A DNA stretch of 64,000 bases from Desulfatiglandales bacterium. GTDB taxonomy: Bacteria; Desulfobacterota; DSM-4660; Desulfatiglandales; Desulfatiglandaceae. The stretch spans positions 928,001 to 992,000 of the forward strand of contig OY762721.1 of NCBI GenBank assembly GCA_963666345.1, in the 5' to 3' direction. Under the pieces are notes generated by a model, which saw nothing but the letters and a program-made list of their open reading frames with translations, was not told the origin of the DNA and did no database searches. Below, piece after piece: positions 18,620 to 27,722 of the stretch. Within the stretch, counting starts at the first letter, position 1, and every line of letters starts with the position of its first letter. Made by a program: the position numbers and the translations under genes.

Positions 18620-19519
18620 ATGGTAGAAGCAAAAGCGATTGAAACGGGCAGCAATTGGGATATGGACTTTGATCTGTGCCTGGATGACGTGGCCCTTGCA
18701 AAAAAGGTCCTTGAAAGCGCCCAACAAAACGGAGGAAAAATCAGTGATGCAGGGATAGTCTTTGCATTGAGAAACATCCTCAAGATGAAATATTATCCTG
18801 TCGCGGTAAAGTATTTTTTTGACGAAAAAGAGCTTGAAGACTTTAAGAACAATACCGAATACAAGGTGTCCCTGCACCCTGTCACCTTCTGCGCCTATGT
18901 TGCGGCAAGCAGGCAGAGGGGGGACATCCTCCTTGGCACAGCCGATAAGCTAGGTTGCTCCAATGCCAAATTCGTCATGAAATGGAAGGAAATTGATGAC
19001 GGCGAGATAAAGAGCCATCTCAAATACACAAAGGACTGGGATCAGGCGGAAAGATTCGTAAAGACCAAAAAGAGACTTCCCAAGGAACCGCTGGCCTTTG
19101 CCACCGCACCCCTTCACAAGGCACCCTTCAAACCGGATCTGATCCACGGCATGTGCGATACCCTCCAGTCATATCATCTTGCAAACGACTGGGATGCCGC
19201 CTTCGACAACCATCCCTTTGAGATGACTATGACCATGAATTCCTCCATATGCCACGGCTGTGTCCAGTGTTTTGTTACGGAGAAATTCAATGTAACCCAG
19301 ATGTGCAGCAGCAGCTATACGGCGGGAAAAACCGAACAGGGCGAGATCAACTGGATTATGCCCTATGATCAGATGGAACCCACAGTCCACTGGATGCTCG
19401 AGCGCACCGTCCGTGACGGAGGGGTGTCCTTCCCCAGGACAGGTGAGACATATCCCGGCTTTGACATCTGCAAGCTGTGCCCCTTCCTGACATTTAAAAA
19501 ACCCAAAAAGGAAAAATAA
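18620..19519 (+). CDS. DUF169-like Cys-rich protein
   Basis: LKMKYYPVAVKY, TFCAYV, LGCSNA, APLHKAPFKPDLI, ICHGCVQC; RBS AGGAGG. Confidence 0.65.
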   Translation: MVEAKAIETGSNWDMDFDLCLDDVALAKKVLESAQQNGGKISDAGIVFALRNILKMKYYPVAVKYFFDEKELEDFKNNTEYKVSLHPVTFCAYVAASRQRGDILLGTADKLGCSNAKFVMKWKEIDDGEIKSHLKYTKDWDQAERFVKTKKRLPKEPLAFATAPLHKAPFKPDLIHGMCDTLQSYHLANDWDAAFDNHPFEMTMTMNSSICHGCVQCFVTEKFNVTQMCSSSYTAGKTEQGEINWIMPYDQMEPTVHWMLERTVRDGGVSFPRTGETYPGFDICKLCPFLTFKKPKKEK

Positions 19520-19675
19520 GCGGAGCGAAATCTCCCCAAACTCATGAAGTCCCCAGGCTCAATATCTCCTGTTGACCTCCTCCCCTGGGGGCTTGAATTG
19601 AACATCCCCGGTATTTTTGCTTAACCGATTTTCTTCTCTTCTGTTCCATGAAAATTCTCACAGGAGACAAATCAG

Positions 19676-20155
19676 ATGAAAGCAACGATAAGGCTGATAG
19701 TAAACGGAGACACCTACTTTGTCGCGGTTGACCCCTCCCGTACGCTCAATGAGGTGCTCAGGGAGGAATTGAACCTTACCGGTACCAAGCTTGGTTGCGG
19801 TTCAGGAGACTGCGGTGCATGCTCGGTCATTGCAGATGGGAAAATAATCAGTTCCTGCCTTACCCTTGCAATAGAGATGGATGGAGTGGAAATAACCACT
19901 GTGGAAGGAATCGCGTCATCAGGTGAGCACCTGCATCCTATCCAAAGGGCCTTTATTGAAAAAGGCGCCATTCAATGCGGGTTCTGCACGCCCGGCATGG
20001 AGCTGTCCGCATTATATCTTTTAAACAGCAACCCTGAACCATCGGAGGATGAAATAAGGGCCGGACTTTCCGGAAATCTTTGCAGATGCACCGGTTATTC
20101 CAAAATCGTGGAGGCCATTTCAGCCGCTGCCGACAAGATGAAAAACTCCGGCTAG
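19676..20155 (+). CDS. Xanthine dehydrogenase family 2x[2Fe-2S] small subunit
   Basis: GTKLGCGSGDCGACSV, QCGFCTPG, GNLCRCTGY. Confidence 0.95.
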   Translation: MKATIRLIVNGDTYFVAVDPSRTLNEVLREELNLTGTKLGCGSGDCGACSVIADGKIISSCLTLAIEMDGVEITTVEGIASSGEHLHPIQRAFIEKGAIQCGFCTPGMELSALYLLNSNPEPSEDEIRAGLSGNLCRCTGYSKIVEAISAAADKMKNSG

Positions 20156-20231
20156 ATCTCAGCCCCCTGTCTTTCGGCAAAGAGGTGTTTATCTAATTAC
20201 CATACAATATCTTTGACAAGGATTTCCAGTA

Positions 20232-21131
20232 ATGAGACTTCCCCGATTCGACTATAAGGCACCGGCCACGGTTGAGGAGGCATGCAGACTCCTTGAACAG
20301 TTCGATAAAAACGCCCTTGTTATGGCAGGGGGCACGGACCTTCTGTTGCGCCTCAAGCAGGGGCTTGTCAAACCTTCCATCATAATAGGCCTCAAGAAGA
20401 TAAAAGGGCTTGGCCTCATCCGTTTTGATGAAAAAACCGGACTCACAATCGGGGCCTCAGCCCTGCTGGCGGAGGTAGCATCCCATACGGACGTTCTTAA
20501 GCATTATCCGGCTGTGGCATATGCCGCCAATGAAACCGCCAATGTCCAGATAAGGAACATGGGGACGGTAGCAGGCAACCTTTGCAACGGCTCCCCTTCC
20601 GCTGACAATGCCCCCTCCCTAATGGCCGCGGATGCCGAGGTTACACTGGTAAGTTCCAAGGGGGAAAGAATCGTCCCTTTGGCGGAATTTTTCAAGGGCC
20701 CAGGCCTCACCGAGTTAAGGGACGGTGAGATAATGTCATCGATACTGATTCCGCCGCCTCCGCCCGGCTCCGGCACAGACTATCAGCATATCTCGGCAAG
20801 GGGAAAAGTGGATATCTCCGCAGTAGGAGTCGCGGTAATGCTGATCATGGACGGACTCGTATGCAGGCGGGCAAGCATCGTGTTAGGCGCTGTGGCACCC
20901 AATCCGATTCATGCCTTGGAGGCTGAGAATTTCATACTGGGGAAAAACCTGACACCCTTTCAAATTGAAAAGGCCGCGATCACGGCGTCAAAAGAGGCCC
21001 GTCCCATCTCGGACATAAGGGCTACAGCAGGATACAGGCGGAAGATGGTAAAGGTGCTGACCATGAGGGCCCTTTTGCGGGCAAAGCAAAGGGCGATTAA
21101 AAAAACAGAGGCAAAAGGGGATAGGCCATGA
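20232..21131 (+). CDS. Xanthine dehydrogenase family FAD-binding subunit
   Basis: AGGTDL, QIRNMGTVAGNLCNGSPSAD, PISDIRATAGYRR. Confidence 0.93.
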   Translation: MRLPRFDYKAPATVEEACRLLEQFDKNALVMAGGTDLLLRLKQGLVKPSIIIGLKKIKGLGLIRFDEKTGLTIGASALLAEVASHTDVLKHYPAVAYAANETANVQIRNMGTVAGNLCNGSPSADNAPSLMAADAEVTLVSSKGERIVPLAEFFKGPGLTELRDGEIMSSILIPPPPPGSGTDYQHISARGKVDISAVGVAVMLIMDGLVCRRASIVLGAVAPNPIHALEAENFILGKNLTPFQIEKAAITASKEARPISDIRATAGYRRKMVKVLTMRALLRAKQRAIKKTEAKGDRP

Positions 21132-23410
21132 AAGAATTCTCATTAATCGGAAAAGATGTTCCCAGAACCGATGCCAGGGCCAAGGCCACTGGAGCCGCTT
21201 TATACACAGATGATCTCAAACTTCCCGGAATGCTTTATGGAAAAATCCTTAGGAGCCCGGTGGCCCACGCCCGCATAGCCCGCATTGATACAGGCAGGGC
21301 GCTGTCCCTTAGCGGGGTAAAGGCGGTCATCACGGGTGAGGATACTCCGAAGATCAGATATGGCAACTGGCGGCTCTACCCTCACACCCAGGATGAATAC
21401 CCCCTGGCGATTGACAAGGTGAGGTTCATAGGAGATGAGGTTGCAGCGGTAGCTGCGGTGGATAAGGACACGGCTGAGGAGGCCCTGCAGCTTATCACGG
21501 TAGACTACGAGGAGCTGCCCGCGGTCTTTGATCTGGAATCGGCCTTAAAAAAGGGCGCCCCTCTTCTGCATGAAGGCTCCAAAAACAATATCAGTTTGTC
21601 CAGAAAGATCAACTACGGAGATGTTGAAAAGGGCTTTGCCGATTCTTACTACATCCGTGAAGACACCTTCTCTCTGCAGCCGGTCAGCCCGGCCTATCTC
21701 GAACCATGCTCAAGCCTTGCACAATGCGATTCCGACGGCCGCATAACCCTCTGGACTTCCACCCAAGCCCCTTACATAGTCCAGTGTCTCCTGGCATCAA
21801 CCATGGGGATGAGGGAAAATGATATAAGGGTCATAAAACCCAACGTGGGAGGGGGCTTTGGAGGCAAGATGGAACTCCGTTCCTGGGAATTCTGCGCAGC
21901 CTTCATGGCAAGGCAGACAGGACGGCCGGTAAAATTCACACTCACCAGGGAAGAGGAGTTTGCAATCGGAAGAAGAAGGCACCCCATGAAGATCCATTCA
22001 AAGATCGGATTGAGAAAGGACGGGACACTTCTTGCCAAAGATCTGCGCATACAGCTTGACGGTGGTGCCTACAACGCCATGGGACCCACAGCCACCTTTC
22101 TCTGCGGTTATTTCGGGGCAATGCTCTACAAATTCCCCAGCTATAGATTCATGGGCGACCACATCTACACGAACAAACCTCCTGCAAGCGCGATGAGGGG
22201 TTTCGGAGCACCTCAATCGTTGTTTGTAACCGAGACTCAAATGAATATGGCGGCTGAAGGACTGGCGATCGACCCTATCGACATAAGGCTCAAAAATGCC
22301 ATGACAACCGGTTATGAAATCCCCGATGTAGCCACTATATCAAGCTGCGGATTCACCGAATCGCTCAAGAAGGTCGCGGAGATGAGCGATTGGAAGTCAA
22401 AGAGGAAAAAGCTCAATAAGGGAAGCGGCATCGGAGTCGGCTGCTACAGTTTTATCTCAGGAGGGGTGTTTAACTGGTTTGACACGAAATATCCCTTTTC
22501 GGCTGCGGAAATAAGGGCATTCTCGGACGGTACCGTGCACCTTCTGACCATGGCTTCGGACATAGGTCAGGGATCGGATACCGTTTTAAAACAGATCCTT
22601 GCCGAAGAGCTTGGCATAAGGATGGAGGATATCAGAATCACCTCCGCGGATACGGCGGTTACCCCTCAGGCGGACCTCGGGTCCTGGGGAAGCCGGGTCA
22701 CGCTCATGGCAGGAAATGCGGTACTTGACGCTGCCCGTAAAATCAAGGAAAGCCTGTTCATCCCGATTTCCGCCACATTTGATCTGAATGTGATCTATGA
22801 CATGGAGTGCTATGGAGGAAGGATATTTGCAAAGGGGAAACCGGAGAAGGGAATGGGCTTCGGAGATGCCGTGGGCCTCATACAAAAGGCCAACAGGGGG
22901 GAACCGCTCGTTGCCAGGGGGTACTACACACCAAGGGGAAAGGGACTTGTCACCCCTGCCTTCAGTTTCGGTGCCCAGGTTGCCGAGGTGGACGTTGATC
23001 AAGACACAGGTATTGTAGATGTCAAAAGGATGTGGACGGCCCACGATTGCGGAACGGTGATAAACTCCGTGTCCGTGGAAGGACAGCTCGAGGGTTCCAT
23101 TCACATGGGGCTCGGCTACGCGCTTTCTGAAGAACTGTTAATGGAGGATGGAAAGACCCTCAACACGAACTTCCTCGACTACAAGATGCCCACGGCCCTG
23201 GATATGCCTCCGGGTGAATCGGTAACAATAGAAACCTTTGAGCCGGAAGGCCCTTTCGGCGCAAAGGAAGCGGGAGAAGGCCTGGTCTCTCCAACCGCGC
23301 CTGCGATCGCCGAGGCGGTCCATGACGCCACGGGCTACCGGTGCATGAGACTGCCGATAAAGGCGGAAGACATCATTGAAAACAGGGCGCAAAAGGCAAA
23401 AGGCGCCTAA
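21128..23410 (+). CDS. Xanthine dehydrogenase family molybdopterin-binding subunit (HcrA-like)
   Basis: LRSPVAHARI, TSTQAPY, GGGFGGK, AMRGFGAPQ, DIGQGS, GSWGSRVT, AHDCG, VEGQ, GAKEAGEG. Confidence 0.92.
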   Translation: MKEFSLIGKDVPRTDARAKATGAALYTDDLKLPGMLYGKILRSPVAHARIARIDTGRALSLSGVKAVITGEDTPKIRYGNWRLYPHTQDEYPLAIDKVRFIGDEVAAVAAVDKDTAEEALQLITVDYEELPAVFDLESALKKGAPLLHEGSKNNISLSRKINYGDVEKGFADSYYIREDTFSLQPVSPAYLEPCSSLAQCDSDGRITLWTSTQAPYIVQCLLASTMGMRENDIRVIKPNVGGGFGGKMELRSWEFCAAFMARQTGRPVKFTLTREEEFAIGRRRHPMKIHSKIGLRKDGTLLAKDLRIQLDGGAYNAMGPTATFLCGYFGAMLYKFPSYRFMGDHIYTNKPPASAMRGFGAPQSLFVTETQMNMAAEGLAIDPIDIRLKNAMTTGYEIPDVATISSCGFTESLKKVAEMSDWKSKRKKLNKGSGIGVGCYSFISGGVFNWFDTKYPFSAAEIRAFSDGTVHLLTMASDIGQGSDTVLKQILAEELGIRMEDIRITSADTAVTPQADLGSWGSRVTLMAGNAVLDAARKIKESLFIPISATFDLNVIYDMECYGGRIFAKGKPEKGMGFGDAVGLIQKANRGEPLVARGYYTPRGKGLVTPAFSFGAQVAEVDVDQDTGIVDVKRMWTAHDCGTVINSVSVEGQLEGSIHMGLGYALSEELLMEDGKTLNTNFLDYKMPTALDMPPGESVTIETFEPEGPFGAKEAGEGLVSPTAPAIAEAVHDATGYRCMRLPIKAEDIIENRAQKAKGA

Positions 23411-23437
23411 AAAAGGGGTGCTTTTGCACCCCTTTTT
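23409..23437. terminator. Bidirectional terminator between convergent operons
   Basis: A6-GGGGTGC-TTTT-GCACCCC-T5. Confidence 0.85.
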
Positions 23438-23447
23438 CTCCTGCAAC

Positions 23448-24041
23448 CTATCCGAATGTAAAGCCTTCGGGAAGCATCCCCGCGTCTGTTCCTTCCGGAA
23501 CCCATGACAGATCCGTAATGGTGTAGGTGGGATTTACGGTCCTGAAGACCGGGACCACCCTCATTCCGATCTTGGGATCCCCGATGGACAGATAACTCAT
23601 CAGAATGGTCGAAACCCCTTCGAACTCGACATTTATGAACTTGATCGGTTTGTCCAGGGTGTTAAACGCGCCTGAACGCTCACACACCATGAAGGTGTGG
23701 ATGGCCGCGGTCTTTTTGCACACATCGGTGAGATCCACCACCGTGTTTCTGAACAGGCAGTCAGGACAGTGAATGCGGAATGGAAGATAGACGGTACCCT
23801 TGAATTCACAGTCAGGATTGTCACACCTGGTCCCATAAATCTTTCCCTTTCCGAGATTTTCAAAAAATACCGCCTCCCCCCCGTAGGTATGGATATAGAT
23901 CATTTCTCTGGGGTTTGTCACTCCCATGAGCCGCCATCCCTCCTCTTCATTCCTGATAGGCATATTGGGGGTGATATGATGGAAGTCTCCCTTGATCTTA
24001 TACTGGCCCTTATTAACCCGCACGGTTCCAAAAATACTCAT
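23448..24041 (-). CDS. DUF35 (Zn-ribbon/OB-fold) acyl-CoA-binding partner protein
   Basis: GTRCDNPDC...PFRIHCPDC, IGMRVVPVF; directly downstream of the thiolase-like gene. Confidence 0.8.
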   Translation of the reverse strand: MSIFGTVRVNKGQYKIKGDFHHITPNMPIRNEEEGWRLMGVTNPREMIYIHTYGGEAVFFENLGKGKIYGTRCDNPDCEFKGTVYLPFRIHCPDCLFRNTVVDLTDVCKKTAAIHTFMVCERSGAFNTLDKPIKFINVEFEGVSTILMSYLSIGDPKIGMRVVPVFRTVNPTYTITDLSWVPEGTDAGMLPEGFTFG

Positions 24042-24057
24042 AATATCTCCTCCTCTC

Positions 24058-25494
24058 TCAGGATTCTTTGTCTAAGAGGTGGTCCGGATCCATTAAAATG
24101 GTTGCCGTTACATGGGAACCCACCCCGGCGTGACTTATTGCAAGCGCCCTTCTGGCGTCCTTGACCTGAAGATCGGTCCAGTCATCCGGTTTTTCACGAT
24201 TGAATTCCTTCCAGGTGCCTGGATCACCGTGCAGTTCGGCCCATCTGTTCCATATATGGGAGGCGATTTCGAATGTCTGCATGATACCGGTCGCCCCGAC
24301 CGCGTGCATGCACCCGATCAGCCCGCCGGACAGATTAGAAGGCAGTTTTCCCGGTTTCCCGGTGTGCGGATTCGTATGATAACAATCCCCGGATTCCACA
24401 TAGTCGCGGCCGTATCCGTAAGGCCTCAGCCCTATATCTTCGTATGTCTGGACATCGCTGATGGTAAATGCGTCATGGAGTTCAATTACATCCAGATCCT
24501 CCGTCGGATCCACTATACCGGCCATGCGATAACCGTAATAGGCGCTCATCCTGGCCCCCAGAAAGCCTGTAAATCCGGGATAACGGTCTCCGCCGGGAAA
24601 ACGTTCACCCAGATCCTTGTACTGGTCGGCAGTCTCATTCGGGAGAAGCGGTATTTCCATATCACGCCTGCACGCGGGTCTGAGTGTGTGAGAACCAGCC
24701 GCGACCCATATCCTCAGAGGTTTGTTTTTGGTGTTCCTGGTCAGTTCCATGGCGGTCTGCTCATCGCATACTATTGCACAGGCCGATCCCACGCTCATCA
24801 GGCAGCAGTCCAGGGCGCGAAGAGGATAGGCCACAACCGGAGAGTTGAGGACATCTTCCACGGTTATTTTCATCGGAGCCTGAGCAAAGGGATTGTGACG
24901 CGCATAGCCGTGGTGTTTCACGGAAATCTCGGCCAGGGTCCGGCGGAAGGATTCCTCCTCCTTGCCGAAGACCTGCCAGTACTTCTGGGCCATGACGGCG
25001 TAATAGCCTGTATATATATGACCGAGCGGAGTTTCCCAATCCTTGTCGGCAGCACATGAAATCAGGTGATTACCTTCATCGGTCGGCACCTCATCCATCC
25101 TTTCCCATCCAATGGCAAGGGCGCAATCAGAGTAGCCTGAGGCAACCGCCTTGACCGCCTCCCACAGGGTGGAGCCGCCTGTAGCGCCGCCCGTTTTTAC
25201 GCCTATGTTCCCCAGGGGATCAAGTCCTAGGCGGTCATGGATGACCGCTTCACCAAGGAGTTGGTCACCGAAATGGTCCGCGAAATGGCCGTAATAGGCC
25301 GTATGGATATAGCTTTTAAGCTCGGCCGGTGTCTTGTCGATCAATCTCGCGGCCATGGTTAAGGCATCGACACAGAGCTCCTCAGTCCTTTTTTCAGGAA
25401 TCGCCCGGTCAAACTTGGACTGGCCTGCTGTTACCAGATAAACGGGTCGTAATAGCTTTGGGGTTCTTAATTGTCTCTCACTGAATGTGATCAT
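24058..25494 (-). CDS. Thiolase-like (SCP2/Ltp2-type) protein lacking the nucleophilic Cys
   Basis: GQSKF, VKTGGATGG in place of the usual NACASG, NPFAQ, PLRALDCC, IELHDAF, NLSGGLIGCMHAVGATG. Confidence 0.85.
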   Translation of the reverse strand: MITFSERQLRTPKLLRPVYLVTAGQSKFDRAIPEKRTEELCVDALTMAARLIDKTPAELKSYIHTAYYGHFADHFGDQLLGEAVIHDRLGLDPLGNIGVKTGGATGGSTLWEAVKAVASGYSDCALAIGWERMDEVPTDEGNHLISCAADKDWETPLGHIYTGYYAVMAQKYWQVFGKEEESFRRTLAEISVKHHGYARHNPFAQAPMKITVEDVLNSPVVAYPLRALDCCLMSVGSACAIVCDEQTAMELTRNTKNKPLRIWVAAGSHTLRPACRRDMEIPLLPNETADQYKDLGERFPGGDRYPGFTGFLGARMSAYYGYRMAGIVDPTEDLDVIELHDAFTISDVQTYEDIGLRPYGYGRDYVESGDCYHTNPHTGKPGKLPSNLSGGLIGCMHAVGATGIMQTFEIASHIWNRWAELHGDPGTWKEFNREKPDDWTDLQVKDARRALAISHAGVGSHVTATILMDPDHLLDKES

Positions 25495-25549
25495 AAGGCA
25501 CGCTCCTTTCTTTTGGTTTCCTTTGCGTTACTCGAAAGGACAATTGCAC

Positions 25550-26092
25550 TCAGAGGGTCCCGACCCAGAGTGCGACGGCAAGTCCTTTGCCCCTGTTGGT
25601 AATGCTCTGTTTTTCAGGATATGACCAGAAATGAACCGAGTCTCCCTTTAAGAGTTCCGTCCTTGATTCTCCCTGAACCAGTTCCAGCGAACCCTCTAAA
25701 ACGGAAAGGACCTCCTGGCCGTTTCTTACCTCCTTTCTTACCGGAATCGATTTTCCCGGTTCAAGTACAAGCACGGCACTGTCAATAACACTCCTGTTCT
25801 CGGGGGAAAGAAATCTCCGGGTCACGAATCCGGATTTGGGCAGTTCGGCATGCAGCCAATCCGACTTCTGTATTACTACGAGTCTCTCCTCCCTGTCGAC
25901 ATGGTTGAGCAGATCCCCTGCACTCAAACCGATTGCATTGCAGATGCCTATAAGGGTATCTACGGACGGCGAACTTACGCTGTTTTCGACCTGACTGAGA
26001 AATCCTTCAGATATGCCCGCCTTCTCAGCCACCGCCTTGAGGGTAAGTTTTCCGGCCTTCCTATATCTGCGCATCAATGAGCCCAGATTCAT
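25550..26092 (-). CDS. XRE-family HTH plus cupin transcriptional regulator
   Basis: LTLKAVAEKAGISEGFLSQVEN..SSPS; C-terminal cupin GQE..VLEG..GDSVHF. Confidence 0.9.
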   Translation of the reverse strand: MNLGSLMRRYRKAGKLTLKAVAEKAGISEGFLSQVENSVSSPSVDTLIGICNAIGLSAGDLLNHVDREERLVVIQKSDWLHAELPKSGFVTRRFLSPENRSVIDSAVLVLEPGKSIPVRKEVRNGQEVLSVLEGSLELVQGESRTELLKGDSVHFWSYPEKQSITNRGKGLAVALWVGTL

Positions 26093-26168
26093 CGAAAGAT
26101 TTCCTTGTCTTGTAAATTATTGAAAGATGGGCCTTGTCATAAAAGGGGTTCTTAGATTCTACTAAATA

Positions 26169-26201
26169 TTAACCATAGGTTAAGTAATATGGTCTTGTCA
26201 A
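26169..26201 (-). promoter_or_regulatory. Putative sigma-70 promoter with an overlapping palindromic operator
   Basis: TTGACA (26196-26201), 18-nt spacer, TATGGT; palindrome TTAACC-ATA-GGTTAA at 26169-26183 covers the -10 box. Confidence 0.5.
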
Positions 26202-26655
26202 GGGAGAACTTTCAGGATTATGAAAGGGTTTGTTCAGGGTGCTTAATAAAGAGGTGCAGGCCCGGCAAAAAGGCCTCTTAAAAAGACAGGGTAACAGGCG
26301 GCTTCTTTATGATTTTAAAAGGTATTACAGCTTATTATTGATGGGAGGATCTTTCCTGACAAAAAGGGGCCACCTCTGTTTTATGCCCTTTTGCCGCCCG
26401 TTTGACAGGCGGCACATGAGCCGAAAGCAGAGGTTTGCCAGGAGGTATCTATTTCAGCTTTTCGATAACAGACCGGATCATTTCGCCTATCATACCGCAT
26501 CAAAAAACTTTGGCATCGCTTAAGTCCGGCATCAGGGATTCCCGGACCACAGGAACAGCTTCGGAGTATACCCTGCCATGAATTCCATTCACATTGTTTA
26601 GTAGCCGGCACTTATCCCGTACTCAAGGGGTTGGAATGCATGCCTCGCCTTCGGC

Positions 26656-27033
26656 CTATTTCCCCACAAACTCTCCGGCATTAAAGTTCCCGACCATTTT
26701 CTTTCCACCGGGCCCGGTCAATGTGCCCTTTCCATGTATCCTGTTGTTTTTGAACTGCCCTACATACTTGACGCCGTTCGCCCTGATCAGGATACCCTGT
26801 CCGTTCAACATATTGTTTCTGAACTCACCCACATATTTTGAACCGTCAGCGGACTGGAGGGTCCCCCTGCCCTCCATTTTCCCGTTTACGAAACAACCCG
26901 TATATCTGTCACCGTTCGGGTACTCGAAAGTACCCCGTCCATTCCTGCAATCGCCCCTTAAACAGTCCCCGAACGCGAGCGAAAAGCTAAGGCAGACGGC
27001 GGATACAATAACCAAGATTTTTATGCCTTTCAT
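26656..27033 (-). CDS. Secreted MORN-repeat protein
   Basis: Signal peptide, CLRGDCRNGRG, repeats of Y.G.F.NG..EG.G. Confidence 0.85.
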   Translation of the reverse strand: MKGIKILVIVSAVCLSFSLAFGDCLRGDCRNGRGTFEYPNGDRYTGCFVNGKMEGRGTLQSADGSKYVGEFRNNMLNGQGILIRANGVKYVGQFKNNRIHGKGTLTGPGGKKMVGNFNAGEFVGK

Positions 27034-27064
27034 TATTCCCTCCTTGATCTTGAAGGCCGGATGT

Positions 27065-27706
27065 TCAGCCTACTGCAGGAATTATCACTATGTTGACTCT
27101 CCTGTTAGTTGAATCATTGCTGGAGATGGGCTGAGTCTCTCCGAAACCGATTGCGATTATCCTGCCTGCGTCCACCCCCTCCTTGACCAGGGCGTTTCTG
27201 ACCGCTTCAGCCCTTTTCTCGGACAGGGTCTGATTGTACGACTCGGTTCCCTTTGAATCGGTGTGCCCTTCAACACGAATTGAGGTTTGAGGATATCTCT
27301 TCAGCACCCCGGCGACCCTGGCGATCTCACTGTAGCCTCCCGGTTTCAGGGTGGAGGAATCAAAATCAAAGAACACCTCCGATTTGAAAGTGGCGGTCAG
27401 CACGTCGCGGTTTCTTTGAACGCTCGCCGCCTCGCTGGTAGCTGCTACCGATTTCAGCTCCTGTTCCTGTCTGTCCATATAAGTGCCGACCTGATGCCCG
27501 GCCAGGCCACCGGCGGCGGCTCCTATAGCGGCGCCCAGGATAGTGGCCTCGGTATCGCTTCCGATTACCTGGCCGAGGATAGCACCTGCCGCGGCACCGA
27601 TAAGCACCCCGGTTTTTGCGCCCCTTTCCCTTTGAGTTGGTCCTGCGCAGGATATAAGGCACAGAGCCGTGATCACACATAAGATTATGGTTACAGTCCT
27701 TTTCAT
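27065..27706 (-). CDS. OmpA-family lipoprotein with glycine zipper (YiaD-like)
   Basis: Lipobox LISC, GAAAGAILG zipper, FDFDSS, EGHTDSKG..YNQTLSEKRA, NRRV. Confidence 0.92.
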   Translation of the reverse strand: MKRTVTIILCVITALCLISCAGPTQRERGAKTGVLIGAAAGAILGQVIGSDTEATILGAAIGAAAGGLAGHQVGTYMDRQEQELKSVAATSEAASVQRNRDVLTATFKSEVFFDFDSSTLKPGGYSEIARVAGVLKRYPQTSIRVEGHTDSKGTESYNQTLSEKRAEAVRNALVKEGVDAGRIIAIGFGETQPISSNDSTNRRVNIVIIPAVG

Positions 27707-27722
27707 AGGTTACCTCCTGGCT

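Noticed and set aside
26370..26450. GGCAAAC-containing hairpins resembling a c-di-GMP-I riboswitch
   Set aside because: Lacks the GAAA-tetraloop P2 stem and the P3 receptor arrangement.
26440..26610. Minus-strand reading ..LMPDLSDAKVF*CGMIGEMIRSVIEKLK with an in-frame TGA (possible selenoprotein or FNR-like remnant)
   Set aside because: No convincing start, RBS or SECIS hairpin; similarity too short to support.
26656..27033. Periodic DNA similarity that might suggest an array
   Set aside because: Explained by protein-level MORN repeats; no CRISPR repeat-spacer structure or cas gene anywhere in the window.
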